A stretch of DNA of 44,277 bases from a virus (taxonomy: Duplodnaviria > Caudoviricetes). Below, piece by piece: positions 1-8,370 of the stretch. The stretch's first letter is position 1. Each line of letters opens with the position of its first letter. Under the pieces are notes generated by a model. It was not told the DNA's origin. It was given only the letters and a program-made list of their open reading frames with translations, and made no database searches. The stretch is taken from positions 1 to 44,277 of the IMG/VR virus record IMGVR_UViG_3300033076_000517; one strand, given 5' to 3'. A program made the position numbers and the translations under genes.

Positions 1-705
1 GCCATCGACGCCCCGCGCAAGTTCGCGGCTGGCGGGGGTGGCGGGCCGACCGATCCGTTCTGGTCGAACGTGACGCTGCTGCTGCACGCCGATGGCACCA
101 ACGGCAGCACCACCATCACCGACAGCAGCTCGCTTGCCAACACGGTCACCTCGCAGGGGGCGACCATTAGCACTGCACAGTCTAAATTCAACGGCACGTC
201 GCTGTATGTGAATGGCAGAGCAGCCACCCCGCTGTACGCCACCGTTCAGCCCTCGCTCTTCAACTTCGGCACAGCCACCGACTTCACGGTGGAGTTCTGG
301 ATTTACCCACTGTCGTGGAACTTCTTTGACCAGATCATCGGTCAATGGGGCGGCCCTGACACTTTCCAGATTTCCAACCTGAACAACGCTATCGGCATCC
401 AAGACAACACCGGCACGGCCACCAGCGGCAGAGCAGTGGCTAACATCGCGCTGAACACTTGGCACCACTTCGCCTTTTCTCGCGTTGGCAGCTCGCTCAA
501 ATTCTTCCAGAACGGTGTGGGGTATGCCTTCGACCGAAACGTAAACATTGCGCCCAGCCTCGGCACGCTGGTCGGCATCGGCAAATGCTTTTCACAGGAC
601 GGGTTTGGCTCGAACTGCTACCTCGATGAACTGCGGGTCACCAATGGTGTTGGCCGCTACACCGCCGACTTCACCACACCTACAGCTGCGTTCCCTAACG
701 CATAA
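1..705 (+). CDS. LamG/concanavalin A-like lectin-domain protein, probable head fibre (5' truncated)
   Basis: Frame 1 is open from base 1: AIDAPRKFAAGGGGGPTDPFWSNVTLLLHADG...DFTVEFWIYP...NTWHHFAFSR...YLDELRVTNGVGRY, typical phage LamG-like motifs. Lies between spike-base genes. Confidence 0.75.
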   Translation, partial: AIDAPRKFAAGGGGGPTDPFWSNVTLLLHADGTNGSTTITDSSSLANTVTSQGATISTAQSKFNGTSLYVNGRAATPLYATVQPSLFNFGTATDFTVEFWIYPLSWNFFDQIIGQWGGPDTFQISNLNNAIGIQDNTGTATSGRAVANIALNTWHHFAFSRVGSSLKFFQNGVGYAFDRNVNIAPSLGTLVGIGKCFSQDGFGSNCYLDELRVTNGVGRYTADFTTPTAAFPNA

Positions 706-714
706 GGAAACACC

Positions 715-993
715 ATGCCAATGTCCAGCGACATCTACGTCACGTCAAACGACTTCTCGCCGATCCAGTCGATCAAGAACGTCACGCCCAACGACTCGGC
801 AGACCTGCCCAACGGGCCATGCCGAGCGCTACTCATTACGGGCGCTGGCAACCTGCGCATCACCACCGCCGGTGGCGACACACTCACGTTGCCGATCTCG
901 GCCAACTGGTTCGGTGTCACCTACATCCGTGCCTCGCGCATCTGGGCCACCGGCACCACGGTGACCGCGTCCAACATCTTCGCCTGCTATTGA
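715..993 (+). CDS. Head spike base protein (RcGTA Rcc01079-like), paralog A2
   Basis: VTPNDSADLP..CRALLITGAGNL...IRASRIWATGTT motif; RBS AAGGA; near-identical to 43834-44112. Confidence 0.7.
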   Translation: MPMSSDIYVTSNDFSPIQSIKNVTPNDSADLPNGPCRALLITGAGNLRITTAGGDTLTLPISANWFGVTYIRASRIWATGTTVTASNIFACY

Positions 994-1014
994 TTTTCAC
1001 CAAAGGAGCACACC

Positions 1015-1311
1015 ATGCCCAACCAACTCTTCGACTCGAAGTTCTACTCCAAAGACGGCAACCAGCAGCACTCCGAGCTGTCCGGCGTGGCGGTCACCCC
1101 CGCCGATGGCACTGACCTGCCCAACGGCGTGTGCGAGGCCATCTACGTCACCGGCGCTGGCAACGTGAGCGTCAACCTCGCAGGCGGCGGCACGGCTGTG
1201 CTGACGACCCTGAGCGCAGGCCAAGTCGTGTATTGCCGCGCCTCGCGCATCTTGAGCACGAGCACCACCGCCACAGGCATCTTTGCGCTGTACAAGGCCT
1301 CGAACCTGTAA
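1015..1311 (+). CDS. Head spike base protein (Rcc01079-like), paralog B2
   Basis: AVTPADGTDLP..CEAIYVTGAGNV...RASRILSTSTTATGIFAL; RBS AAGGAG. Confidence 0.7.
   Translation: MPNQLFDSKFYSKDGNQQHSELSGVAVTPADGTDLPNGVCEAIYVTGAGNVSVNLAGGGTAVLTTLSAGQVVYCRASRILSTSTTATGIFALYKASNL
1084..1160 (+). repeat. 77-nt exact repeat of the window's last 77 nt (44201-44277), within a longer imperfect repeat 715-1160 / 43834-44277
   Basis: Direct comparison: GGCGTGGCGGTCACCCCC...TACGTCACCGGCGCTGG is identical in both places. Confidence 0.95.
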
Positions 1312-1314
1312 GCC

Positions 1315-1346
1315 GTGCGGATAACGCACTGACCATCGCATACGAT
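1315..1346 (+). promoter_or_regulatory. Putative late promoter (GTGCGGATAA-N16-TACGAT)
   Basis: Same box, 16-nt spacer and -10-like hexamer recur at 19796, 39051 and 41500. Confidence 0.7.
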
Positions 1347-1356
1347 GCGCCCCAAC

Positions 1357-1662
1357 ATGGCAACACAGTACCTTGACGACATCGAAGACGAACAGGCCCA
1401 AGCGCAGCGCGATGCTGCGGAGAACGCCAAGCGAACCTTTGAGGCCGACATCAAGTGGCTGATGAGCAGCCCTCGTGGCCGTCGCATCGCGTGGTGGCTG
1501 TTGGAGAAGGCGGGCGTGAACCGCACCAGCTTCAACAACTCCGGCTCTGTGATGGCGTTCAACGAGGGCCAGCGCAACATGGGTCTGATCGTTCAGGCCC
1601 AGGTCATTGAACTGGCGCCAGAGGCTTACATGACGATGCTCGAAGAGCAGAGGAAAAAATGA
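1357..1662 (+). CDS. Bbp19-like conserved phage protein
   Basis: ADIKWLMSSPRGRRIAWWLL..AGV..SF....MAFNEGQRNMG; position before scaffold. ATG 1357 preferred because ATG 1345 overlaps the -10 box. Confidence 0.7.
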   Translation: MATQYLDDIEDEQAQAQRDAAENAKRTFEADIKWLMSSPRGRRIAWWLLEKAGVNRTSFNNSGSVMAFNEGQRNMGLIVQAQVIELAPEAYMTMLEEQRKK

Positions 1663-2327
1663 CAACTGAAACAGCGAACGCAGGCGACACCGGTACAACC
1701 AACCCCGGTTCCGCAGCACCCGCAAGCGCAGGCGCCCCCGAAGGTGGCACCGCGCTGACCCAAGATCAAGGCACCGGCGCTGCCGCTGCGACGACCGAGC
1801 CCACACCGGGCGCGGACGACAAGGCCAACGCGCAGAACCCGGACGACAAGGGCACCAAGGGCGACGAGCCTGTTGTGCCTGAGAAGTACGAATTCACGAT
1901 GCCTGATGGCGTTGAGCTCGATGCGGCGGCAGCCGACGAGTTCAGCGCGATTGCCAAGGAACTGAAGCTGTCACAAGCAGACGCTCAACGCATCGCCGAC
2001 GTTGCAACCAAGATGCAACAGAAGCAAGCCGAGACGCATGTGGCGACGGTGAAAGGTTGGGCTGACAGCTGCAAGACTGACAAGGAGTTCGGAGGCGATA
2101 ACCTCGACCAAAACTTGTCGGTTGCGCGCAAGGCCATTGACACCTTTGGCTCACCCGAGCTGAAGGCGTTGCTGAACACCAGCGGGCTGGGCAACCATCC
2201 CGAGGTGGTTCGATTCGCTTTCAAGGCCGGGAAGGCTATTTCAGAGGACGGCTTCATCAAGGCCGGTGCGCGAGTGCCGACCCCGGAGAGTTCGCTGGAA
2301 CGGCGCTTGTACCCCGACATGAACTGA
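1659..2327 (+). CDS. Capsid scaffolding/assembly protein (Bbp18-like)
   Basis: Acidic low-complexity N-terminus, PEKYEF, GLGNHPEVVR..KAGKAISED; directly upstream of MCP. Confidence 0.75.
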   Translation: MTTETANAGDTGTTNPGSAAPASAGAPEGGTALTQDQGTGAAAATTEPTPGADDKANAQNPDDKGTKGDEPVVPEKYEFTMPDGVELDAAAADEFSAIAKELKLSQADAQRIADVATKMQQKQAETHVATVKGWADSCKTDKEFGGDNLDQNLSVARKAIDTFGSPELKALLNTSGLGNHPEVVRFAFKAGKAISEDGFIKAGARVPTPESSLERRLYPDMN

Positions 2328-2340
2328 AAGGAACCTAACT

Positions 2341-3345
2341 ATGGCTCTGCTTACCTCTGGTCAACTGACCCTCGCCGACTGGGCGAAACGCCTTGACCCT
2401 AACGGTCAAATCCCCGCCGTTGCTGAACTGCTCTCGCAGACCAACGAAATCCTCGAAGACGCCGTCTTCCAAGAAGGCAACCTGCCGACCGGTCACCGCG
2501 TTGTGATCCGCACCGGCTTGCCTACCGTCTACTGGCGCTCGCTGAACATGGGTGTGCCCGTGTCCAAGTCGACCACTGCTCAAGTGGACGAAGCCTGCGG
2601 CATCATGGAAGCGCGCAGCCACATCGACGTGGAACTGGCAAAGCTGAACGGCAACACCGCCGCCTTCCGTCTGAGCGAAGACAGCGCCTTCATCGAAGCG
2701 ATGAACCAGCTGCAAGCCAGCACCATGTTCTATGGCAACCCCGCCACTGACCCACGCCAGTATCTGGGTCTGGCCCCACGTTACGGCACGATCTCTGGTG
2801 CAGGCAACGCCCAGAACATCATCGACGCCGGTGGTCAGTCCTCCAACAACACCTCCATCTGGTTGGTGGTCTGGGGCCCCAACACCGTGTTCTGCCCCTT
2901 CCCCAAGGGCTCGCAGGCCGGTCTGCAGCACAAAGACCTGGGCGAAGAGTCGGTGCCTGACGCATCGGGCAACTTCTACCAAGCTCTGCGTACCCTGTAC
3001 CAGTGGAAGAACGGCTTGGTCGTGAAGGACTGGCGCTACGTTGTGCGCATCGCCAACATCAACACCGCCAACTTGGTCGCTGAAACTGCAGCCGCCGACT
3101 TGGTCAAGCTGATGAGCCGCGCACTGGATCGCATCCCGAACCTGAGCATGGGCCGCCCTGTGTTCTACATGAACCGTACCGTGTTCTCCATGCTGCGCGT
3201 GCAAGCTCTGAACAAGAGCCAGAACGCCATCAGCATCGACGACTCGATGACGCAGTTCGGCACTGCCGCCAAGTGGACATCCTTCTTGGGTGTTCCGCTG
3301 CGCAAGGTGGATCAGATTCTGAACACCGAGGCCCGCGTGGTCTAA
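2341..3345 (+). CDS. Major capsid protein (BPP-1 Bbp17-like)
   Basis: LTLADWAKRLDPNG..ELLSQTNEILED..EGNLPTGHR..RTGLP; C-terminal FLGVPLRKVDQILNTEARV; strong RBS. Confidence 0.92.
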   Translation: MALLTSGQLTLADWAKRLDPNGQIPAVAELLSQTNEILEDAVFQEGNLPTGHRVVIRTGLPTVYWRSLNMGVPVSKSTTAQVDEACGIMEARSHIDVELAKLNGNTAAFRLSEDSAFIEAMNQLQASTMFYGNPATDPRQYLGLAPRYGTISGAGNAQNIIDAGGQSSNNTSIWLVVWGPNTVFCPFPKGSQAGLQHKDLGEESVPDASGNFYQALRTLYQWKNGLVVKDWRYVVRIANINTANLVAETAAADLVKLMSRALDRIPNLSMGRPVFYMNRTVFSMLRVQALNKSQNAISIDDSMTQFGTAAKWTSFLGVPLRKVDQILNTEARVV

Positions 3346-3354
3346 GACGGGGTC

Positions 3355-3368
3355 GGGGCTTCGGCCCC
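3355..3368 (+). other. GC hairpin with UUCG loop after MCP (weak terminator or mRNA-stabilising hairpin)
   Basis: GGGGC-TTCG-GCCCC without a clear U-tract. Confidence 0.5.
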
Positions 3369-3408
3369 TTCCTCGCTTGCTGCGATTCTCATTTGAAAGG
3401 AACACACC

Positions 3409-3876
3409 ATGTACGTTGACAACAACACCCTCGTGTCGGGCTCGATCTCCGGCAACACCGTCACGCCTCAGTCCATCGCCTCCAGCGGCAACGTCCTGTC
3501 GACCAACACCGTCGATCTGGGCGCCAACCGCGACATCGGCTCTGGCCTGGAGTACCCCGTGATGTTCGCCAGCATCGGCACCGCCGTTGCAGGCGGCACG
3601 TCCACTGAAATCCAAGCCATCATGGCCGATGACGCTGGCCTGTCCAGCAACGTCGTTGTGATCGGCTCCTCCGGCGCTATCCCAACCGCCCAGCTCACCG
3701 CTGGCAAGCGCGTGGCCGTGACACTGAACCCACAAGTGGGCTCGGTGGGCAAGCGCTATCTGGGTGCCCGCTACGTCATCACCGGCGTCAACAGCGCCGG
3801 TACGGTGACGACCTTCTTCGGTGCCGACTTGCAAGACGGCCAGAAGTTCTACCCCGGCGGCTTCACCGTCGCTTAA
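3409..3876 (+). CDS. Capsid cement/decoration protein (Bbp16-like)
   Basis: STNTVDLG..RDIGSG...GAIPTAQLTAGK...KRYLGARY; directly after MCP. Confidence 0.8.
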   Translation: MYVDNNTLVSGSISGNTVTPQSIASSGNVLSTNTVDLGANRDIGSGLEYPVMFASIGTAVAGGTSTEIQAIMADDAGLSSNVVVIGSSGAIPTAQLTAGKRVAVTLNPQVGSVGKRYLGARYVITGVNSAGTVTTFFGADLQDGQKFYPGGFTVA

Positions 3877-3891
3877 TCCGAAAGGAAAATC

Positions 3892-4143
3892 ATGGCGTTC
3901 TACAAAGTGCTCGAAGACTCGTTCATCGGCCATTCCCTCGTGCAAGCTGGCGCTGTCGTTGACTTCAACGACGACCCGGCCAGCGGGGGCATGAGCCCCG
4001 GCAAAAACCTCGCTGCGTGCGATGCCGACGGCAGCCTGCTGGCTGCCGAAGGCGCCAAGGCTCCCAAGCCCCGCGCTGCGAAGGCCAAGCCGGTCGAGCA
4101 GTCTGCCGCTGACACCACGGGTGAAGGCGAAGCGCTGGCCTGA
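3892..4143 (+). CDS. Hypothetical virion-associated protein
   Basis: RBS GAAAGGA, consistent codon usage, late operon. Confidence 0.65.
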   Translation: MAFYKVLEDSFIGHSLVQAGAVVDFNDDPASGGMSPGKNLAACDADGSLLAAEGAKAPKPRAAKAKPVEQSAADTTGEGEALA

Positions 4144-4161
4144 TCGTAGGCCGACGACCAT

Positions 4162-4194
4162 TGAAAAGGCCGGGGGAGACTCCGGCCTTTTTCA
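4162..4194 (+). terminator. Rho-independent terminator (possibly bidirectional)
   Basis: TGAAAAGGCCGG...CCGGCCTTTTTCA stem-loop with T-tract. Confidence 0.8.
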
Positions 4195-4210
4195 CATCAA
4201 GGAGTGAACC

Positions 4211-4879
4211 GTGGCTTCAATCATCGACATCTGCAACATCGCCCTGAGCGAGCTTGGCAACAAGGCCCAAGTCGTCGCCATCTCCCCGCCCGACGGCACC
4301 GTGGAGGCCGATCTGTGCGCCCGGTTCTTCACCATCGCACGCGACGAGATTCTCGAAGCGGGCGACTGGACGTTTGCGCGCAAGCGCGTGGCGCTGGCCC
4401 AGCTCGCCACCAACCCGAGCACGCTGTGGGCATACGCCTACGCCAAGCCCTCGGACTGCCTCGTCACGCGCCGCATCCTGACGGGCGTCGACGAGTTCAA
4501 GGAAAACGACTCTGCCGACTTCGATGTCGAGGGCGACAGCCTCTACACCGACAAGGCCGATGCCGTGCTGCTCTACACCGCCGTGGTGGAAGACCCGACC
4601 AAGTGGAGCCCCGGCTTCATCGGCGCGCTCTCGGTACAGCTGGCCTCGTATCTGGCCGGGCCGATCCTGCGCGGTGAGGCAGGCACCAACGCCGCCATGC
4701 AGCTGCGCAAGCTCGCCAAGGTGCGCGTGGAGGAGGCCATGAGCTTCGATGCCAACCGCATGTGGCGTCCGGGCTGGTACACCCCAGGCTTCGTAGGCGC
4801 GCGCGGCGGCAACCTGCCGGGCACCTCGCCCAACTTCAACGACCCCATCTACCCGCAGTCCGGCTATGCCATCAGTTAA
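4211..4879 (+). CDS. Tail tubular protein A / adaptor (T7 gp11-like)
   Basis: SIIDICNIALSELG...WTFARKRVAL...YAYAKPSDCL; synteny. Confidence 0.8.
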   Translation: MASIIDICNIALSELGNKAQVVAISPPDGTVEADLCARFFTIARDEILEAGDWTFARKRVALAQLATNPSTLWAYAYAKPSDCLVTRRILTGVDEFKENDSADFDVEGDSLYTDKADAVLLYTAVVEDPTKWSPGFIGALSVQLASYLAGPILRGEAGTNAAMQLRKLAKVRVEEAMSFDANRMWRPGWYTPGFVGARGGNLPGTSPNFNDPIYPQSGYAIS

Positions 4880-7187
4880 AGAGCTCACCCGCAGCTTCGC
4901 GGGCGGGGAGATCACCCCCGAGATGTACGGTCGTCTGGACAACGTGAAGTTCCAGACGGGTCTGGCCCTGTGCCGCAACGCGCTGGTGTTGCCTCACGGC
5001 CCGGTGACAAAGCGCTCGGGCTTTGGCTTCACCAACGTGGCAGGCAGCGCCACCTACACCCCGCGCATCATCCCGTTCGCGTTCAACGCGACCCAGACGA
5101 TGGTGCTGGAGTTCGGCCACCTCTACATCCGATTCCACACCCAAGGCGGCACGCTGCTCGAAGCGAGCAAGTCGATCACGGGCGCAACGCAGGCCAACCC
5201 CGGCGTGGTGACCTCGGCAGCCCACGGCTACGCCAACGGCGACTGGGTCTACATCGCCAACGTGGGCGGCATGACGCGCCTGAACTTCCGCTACTTCAAG
5301 GTGGCGAACGTGACGGCCAACACCTTCACGCTGCAGGACACGATCACCGGCGCGAACATCAACACCGCCACCTTCAGCGCCTACACCTCGGGCGGCACGG
5401 TGGCGCGCGTCTACCAGATCGCCAGCCCCTACGACTTCACCACCGCAGGCTTCAGCATCTTCGACCTGGAGTACACGCAGAGCAACGACGTGGTGACGCT
5501 GACCCACCCGCTGTTCGCCACGCGCGAGCTGCGCCGACTGGGCGCCACCAACTGGACGCTCACCCAGCCAACGCTGGGCAACGCGCTCACGCAGCCCGGC
5601 ACCCCCACCGTGGTCGCCACGGCAGGCACGGGCACGGCCTCCAACAAGGGCTTCTACTACAAGGTCACCACGGTCTCGGCAGACGGCACCGAGGAGTCGC
5701 TGCCCACCGCCAACTCGACCGTGGCAAACAACGACCTCACGCTGCCCGGGGCGAAGAACACGATCAGCTGGACGACCGCAGGCAGCGGCGTGACTTATCG
5801 CATCTACAAGGCCGTCAACGGCGCGGGGCGGCTGTACGGCTACATCGCCGAGACCAGCGACCTGTCCTTCGTCGATGACAACATCACGCCCGACTACAGC
5901 AAGAACCCACCGGCGGCCACCATCCGGCTGGACACCTCGGGCAACTACCCGGCGTGCGTGACCTACTTCGAGCAGCGGCGCATGTTCGCTGGCACGAGCA
6001 CCAACCCGCAGACGGTCTACGGCACGCGCTCGGCCACCGAGTCCAACCTCAACACCTCGCTGCCCAGCAACGCTGCCGACGCGCTGGCCTTCACCATCAA
6101 GGCGCAGCAGCAGAACGCCATCAAGCACCTCGTGCCGATGAACGACCTGCTGGCCCTCACCGTGGGCGGGGTGTGGAAGATCGGCACCAACAACAACCAA
6201 GCACTGGCCCCCACCACGCTGTCGATTCGCCCGCAGAACTACTACGGGGCCAACAGCGTGCATCCGCTGGTCACCGGCAACAGCGTGCTCTACGTCGAGG
6301 CCAATGGCCGCCGTGTGCGCGACATTGCTTTCCAGTGGCAGGCCCAGGTCTACGCCGCCGATGACCGCTCGATCATGGCCCCGCACCTGTTCCAAGGCTA
6401 CACGCTGGGCGATGCCGCCTACTCGCGCTCGCCCGATCAGGTCGCGTGGTTCGTGCGCTCCGACGGCGTTCTGCTGGGCATGAGCTATGTGCCCGAGCAT
6501 CAGGTCTTCGGCTGGCACCAGCACATCACCGACGGCAAGTTCAAGAGCGTGTGCGTGGTCACCGAAAACAACGAGGACGTGCTCTACGCCGTGGTCGAGC
6601 GCACGCTGCGCAGCACCACCGTGCGCACCATCGAGCGCATGTCTACGCGACTGTTCGACGCCCAGGCCGACGCCTTCTTCATCGACTGCGGCAGCACCGT
6701 CGTCTTCGGCAGCCCGAACACGACGGTGCCCTACCTCGACCACCTTGAAGGCAAGAACGTGGTGGCACTGGCCGACGGCGCTGTGGTGCAGGGCCTCACG
6801 GTCACCAACGGCGCGGTCACGCTGCCCACGGCGGCCAGCAAGGTGCAGATCGGCCTGCCCTTCACCGCCGACATCCAGACCTTGCCGATGGCAATCGAGT
6901 CTATGATGGCAGGCGGCCAGGGCACCACCAAGAGCGTGGACTACGCCTACCTGCGGGTCAACCGCACCGGCATCGTGAAGGTGGGCCCAAGCTCGGATCG
7001 CCTGACCACCATCCCGCCGCGCACCAACGAGAACTGGGACACGCCTCCGCGCCTGCGCTCGGAAATCCTCGACCTGCTGGTCAACCCGGACATCTCCCAG
7101 GATGCGCAGCTGTGGGTGCGCTCGGACGATCCCACGCCGCTGACTGTGTCGGCCATCACGATGAAAGTGATGGTGGGCGGTGGCTAA
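4866..7187 (+). CDS. Tail tubular protein B / nozzle (T7 gp12-like)
   Basis: SFAGGEITP..GRLD...GPVTKRSG, YPACVTYFEQRRMFAG, FGWHQHITDGKF, LDHLEGK..ALADG; 773 aa. Confidence 0.85.
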   Translation: MPSVKELTRSFAGGEITPEMYGRLDNVKFQTGLALCRNALVLPHGPVTKRSGFGFTNVAGSATYTPRIIPFAFNATQTMVLEFGHLYIRFHTQGGTLLEASKSITGATQANPGVVTSAAHGYANGDWVYIANVGGMTRLNFRYFKVANVTANTFTLQDTITGANINTATFSAYTSGGTVARVYQIASPYDFTTAGFSIFDLEYTQSNDVVTLTHPLFATRELRRLGATNWTLTQPTLGNALTQPGTPTVVATAGTGTASNKGFYYKVTTVSADGTEESLPTANSTVANNDLTLPGAKNTISWTTAGSGVTYRIYKAVNGAGRLYGYIAETSDLSFVDDNITPDYSKNPPAATIRLDTSGNYPACVTYFEQRRMFAGTSTNPQTVYGTRSATESNLNTSLPSNAADALAFTIKAQQQNAIKHLVPMNDLLALTVGGVWKIGTNNNQALAPTTLSIRPQNYYGANSVHPLVTGNSVLYVEANGRRVRDIAFQWQAQVYAADDRSIMAPHLFQGYTLGDAAYSRSPDQVAWFVRSDGVLLGMSYVPEHQVFGWHQHITDGKFKSVCVVTENNEDVLYAVVERTLRSTTVRTIERMSTRLFDAQADAFFIDCGSTVVFGSPNTTVPYLDHLEGKNVVALADGAVVQGLTVTNGAVTLPTAASKVQIGLPFTADIQTLPMAIESMMAGGQGTTKSVDYAYLRVNRTGIVKVGPSSDRLTTIPPRTNENWDTPPRLRSEILDLLVNPDISQDAQLWVRSDDPTPLTVSAITMKVMVGGG

Positions 7188-7677
7188 GTGGCAACTCCCC
7201 CTGTACGTCGACGACAGCTACGAGTTCGTGCCCCCGGATGACGAGGGCATCGAGCACATCGCAGCCAACCTGCGCCCGGTGGATCGTGAGGAGATGTTCG
7301 CCACCTTCGGCCACCGGCGATACCTCGACGGCATCCGACTGAGCATGGCCGGGGCCGATTCCGTCGTCATGGCGATCTCGGCCTACAGCGAGCCAGTGGC
7401 GGTGCTGGGCGTCAACACAGTGTCGCTTTTATACAACACTGGATGCCCTTGGATGCTCGCCACACCCCATGTTGACCGCTACCGCCGGGCGTTTATCGAG
7501 TGCGGTCGCTTCTACACTCAGGCCATGCTGAGTGAGTACGAGTCGCTGGAGAACCATGTGGACGTGCGCAACCTGAAAAGCGTTGCGTGGCTGCAACGCA
7601 TCGGCTTCCAGATCGACCCGCCCGAACCATATGGGGAACTGGGCCTGCCCTTTCACCCATTCCGAATGACGAGGTAA
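7180..7677 (+). CDS. T7 gp13-like GNAT-fold internal virion protein
   Basis: IAANLRPVDREE...PWMLAT...LENHVDVRN..SVAWLQRIGF; synteny after tail tube B. Confidence 0.7.
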   Translation: MAKWQLPLYVDDSYEFVPPDDEGIEHIAANLRPVDREEMFATFGHRRYLDGIRLSMAGADSVVMAISAYSEPVAVLGVNTVSLLYNTGCPWMLATPHVDRYRRAFIECGRFYTQAMLSEYESLENHVDVRNLKSVAWLQRIGFQIDPPEPYGELGLPFHPFRMTR

Positions 7678-7680
7678 ACA

Positions 7681-8367
7681 ATGTGTAACGCAAAAGCCGT
7701 GGGGATGGCGATCATCGGCGTCGCCGCCGTTTATACCGGCGGCGCCGCGCTGGGCTTGCTCGGCACTGGCGCAGCCACTGCTGCGGGCACTGCGGGCACC
7801 ACCGCCGCGATGGCCGGGGGGTTTGGCGCAACCAGCGCCATCACGGCAGGCGAGGTTGCTGCTGGCCTTAGCGCAACCAGCGGTGCTGCCGCTGGCAGCA
7901 TGACCGCGATGCAAACCGCCGCGCTCTACTCCTCGGTGGCGGGCGCGGGCATGTCGGCCTACGGCCAGTATCAGCAAGCCGAGGCCATGAAGGATGCGGC
8001 CAACTACAACCGCAAGGTGGCCGAAATGCAGGCCGCCGACGCGCGGGATCGTGGCGCGGTGGAGCAAGAGCAGCTGGGCCGCAAGATCGGCCAGCTGCGC
8101 GGCCAGCAGCGCGCCAACATGGCCGCCAACGGCCTCGACCTGTCCGACGGCACACCCGCTGCGCTGCTTGACCAGACCGACTACTACGGCCTGGAAGACC
8201 AGCGCACGCTTGCCACCAACATCGAGCGCGAAGCATCGGGCTTCAGCAACCGCGCGCGGCTGGCTGGCATGCAAGCCGATGGCATCGACCCGATGCTCAG
8301 TGCAGGCGGCAGCCTGCTCACCAGTGCAGGCAACGTGGCCGACCGCTGGTACAAGTACAAGGGCTAA
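7681..8367 (+). CDS. Internal virion/ejection protein (gp14-like)
   Basis: MC.. start, Gly/Ala-rich hydrophobic N-terminus, GQQRANMAANGLDL..GT motif. Confidence 0.7.
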   Translation: MCNAKAVGMAIIGVAAVYTGGAALGLLGTGAATAAGTAGTTAAMAGGFGATSAITAGEVAAGLSATSGAAAGSMTAMQTAALYSSVAGAGMSAYGQYQQAEAMKDAANYNRKVAEMQAADARDRGAVEQEQLGRKIGQLRGQQRANMAANGLDLSDGTPAALLDQTDYYGLEDQRTLATNIEREASGFSNRARLAGMQADGIDPMLSAGGSLLTSAGNVADRWYKYKG

Positions 8368-8370
8368 ACC

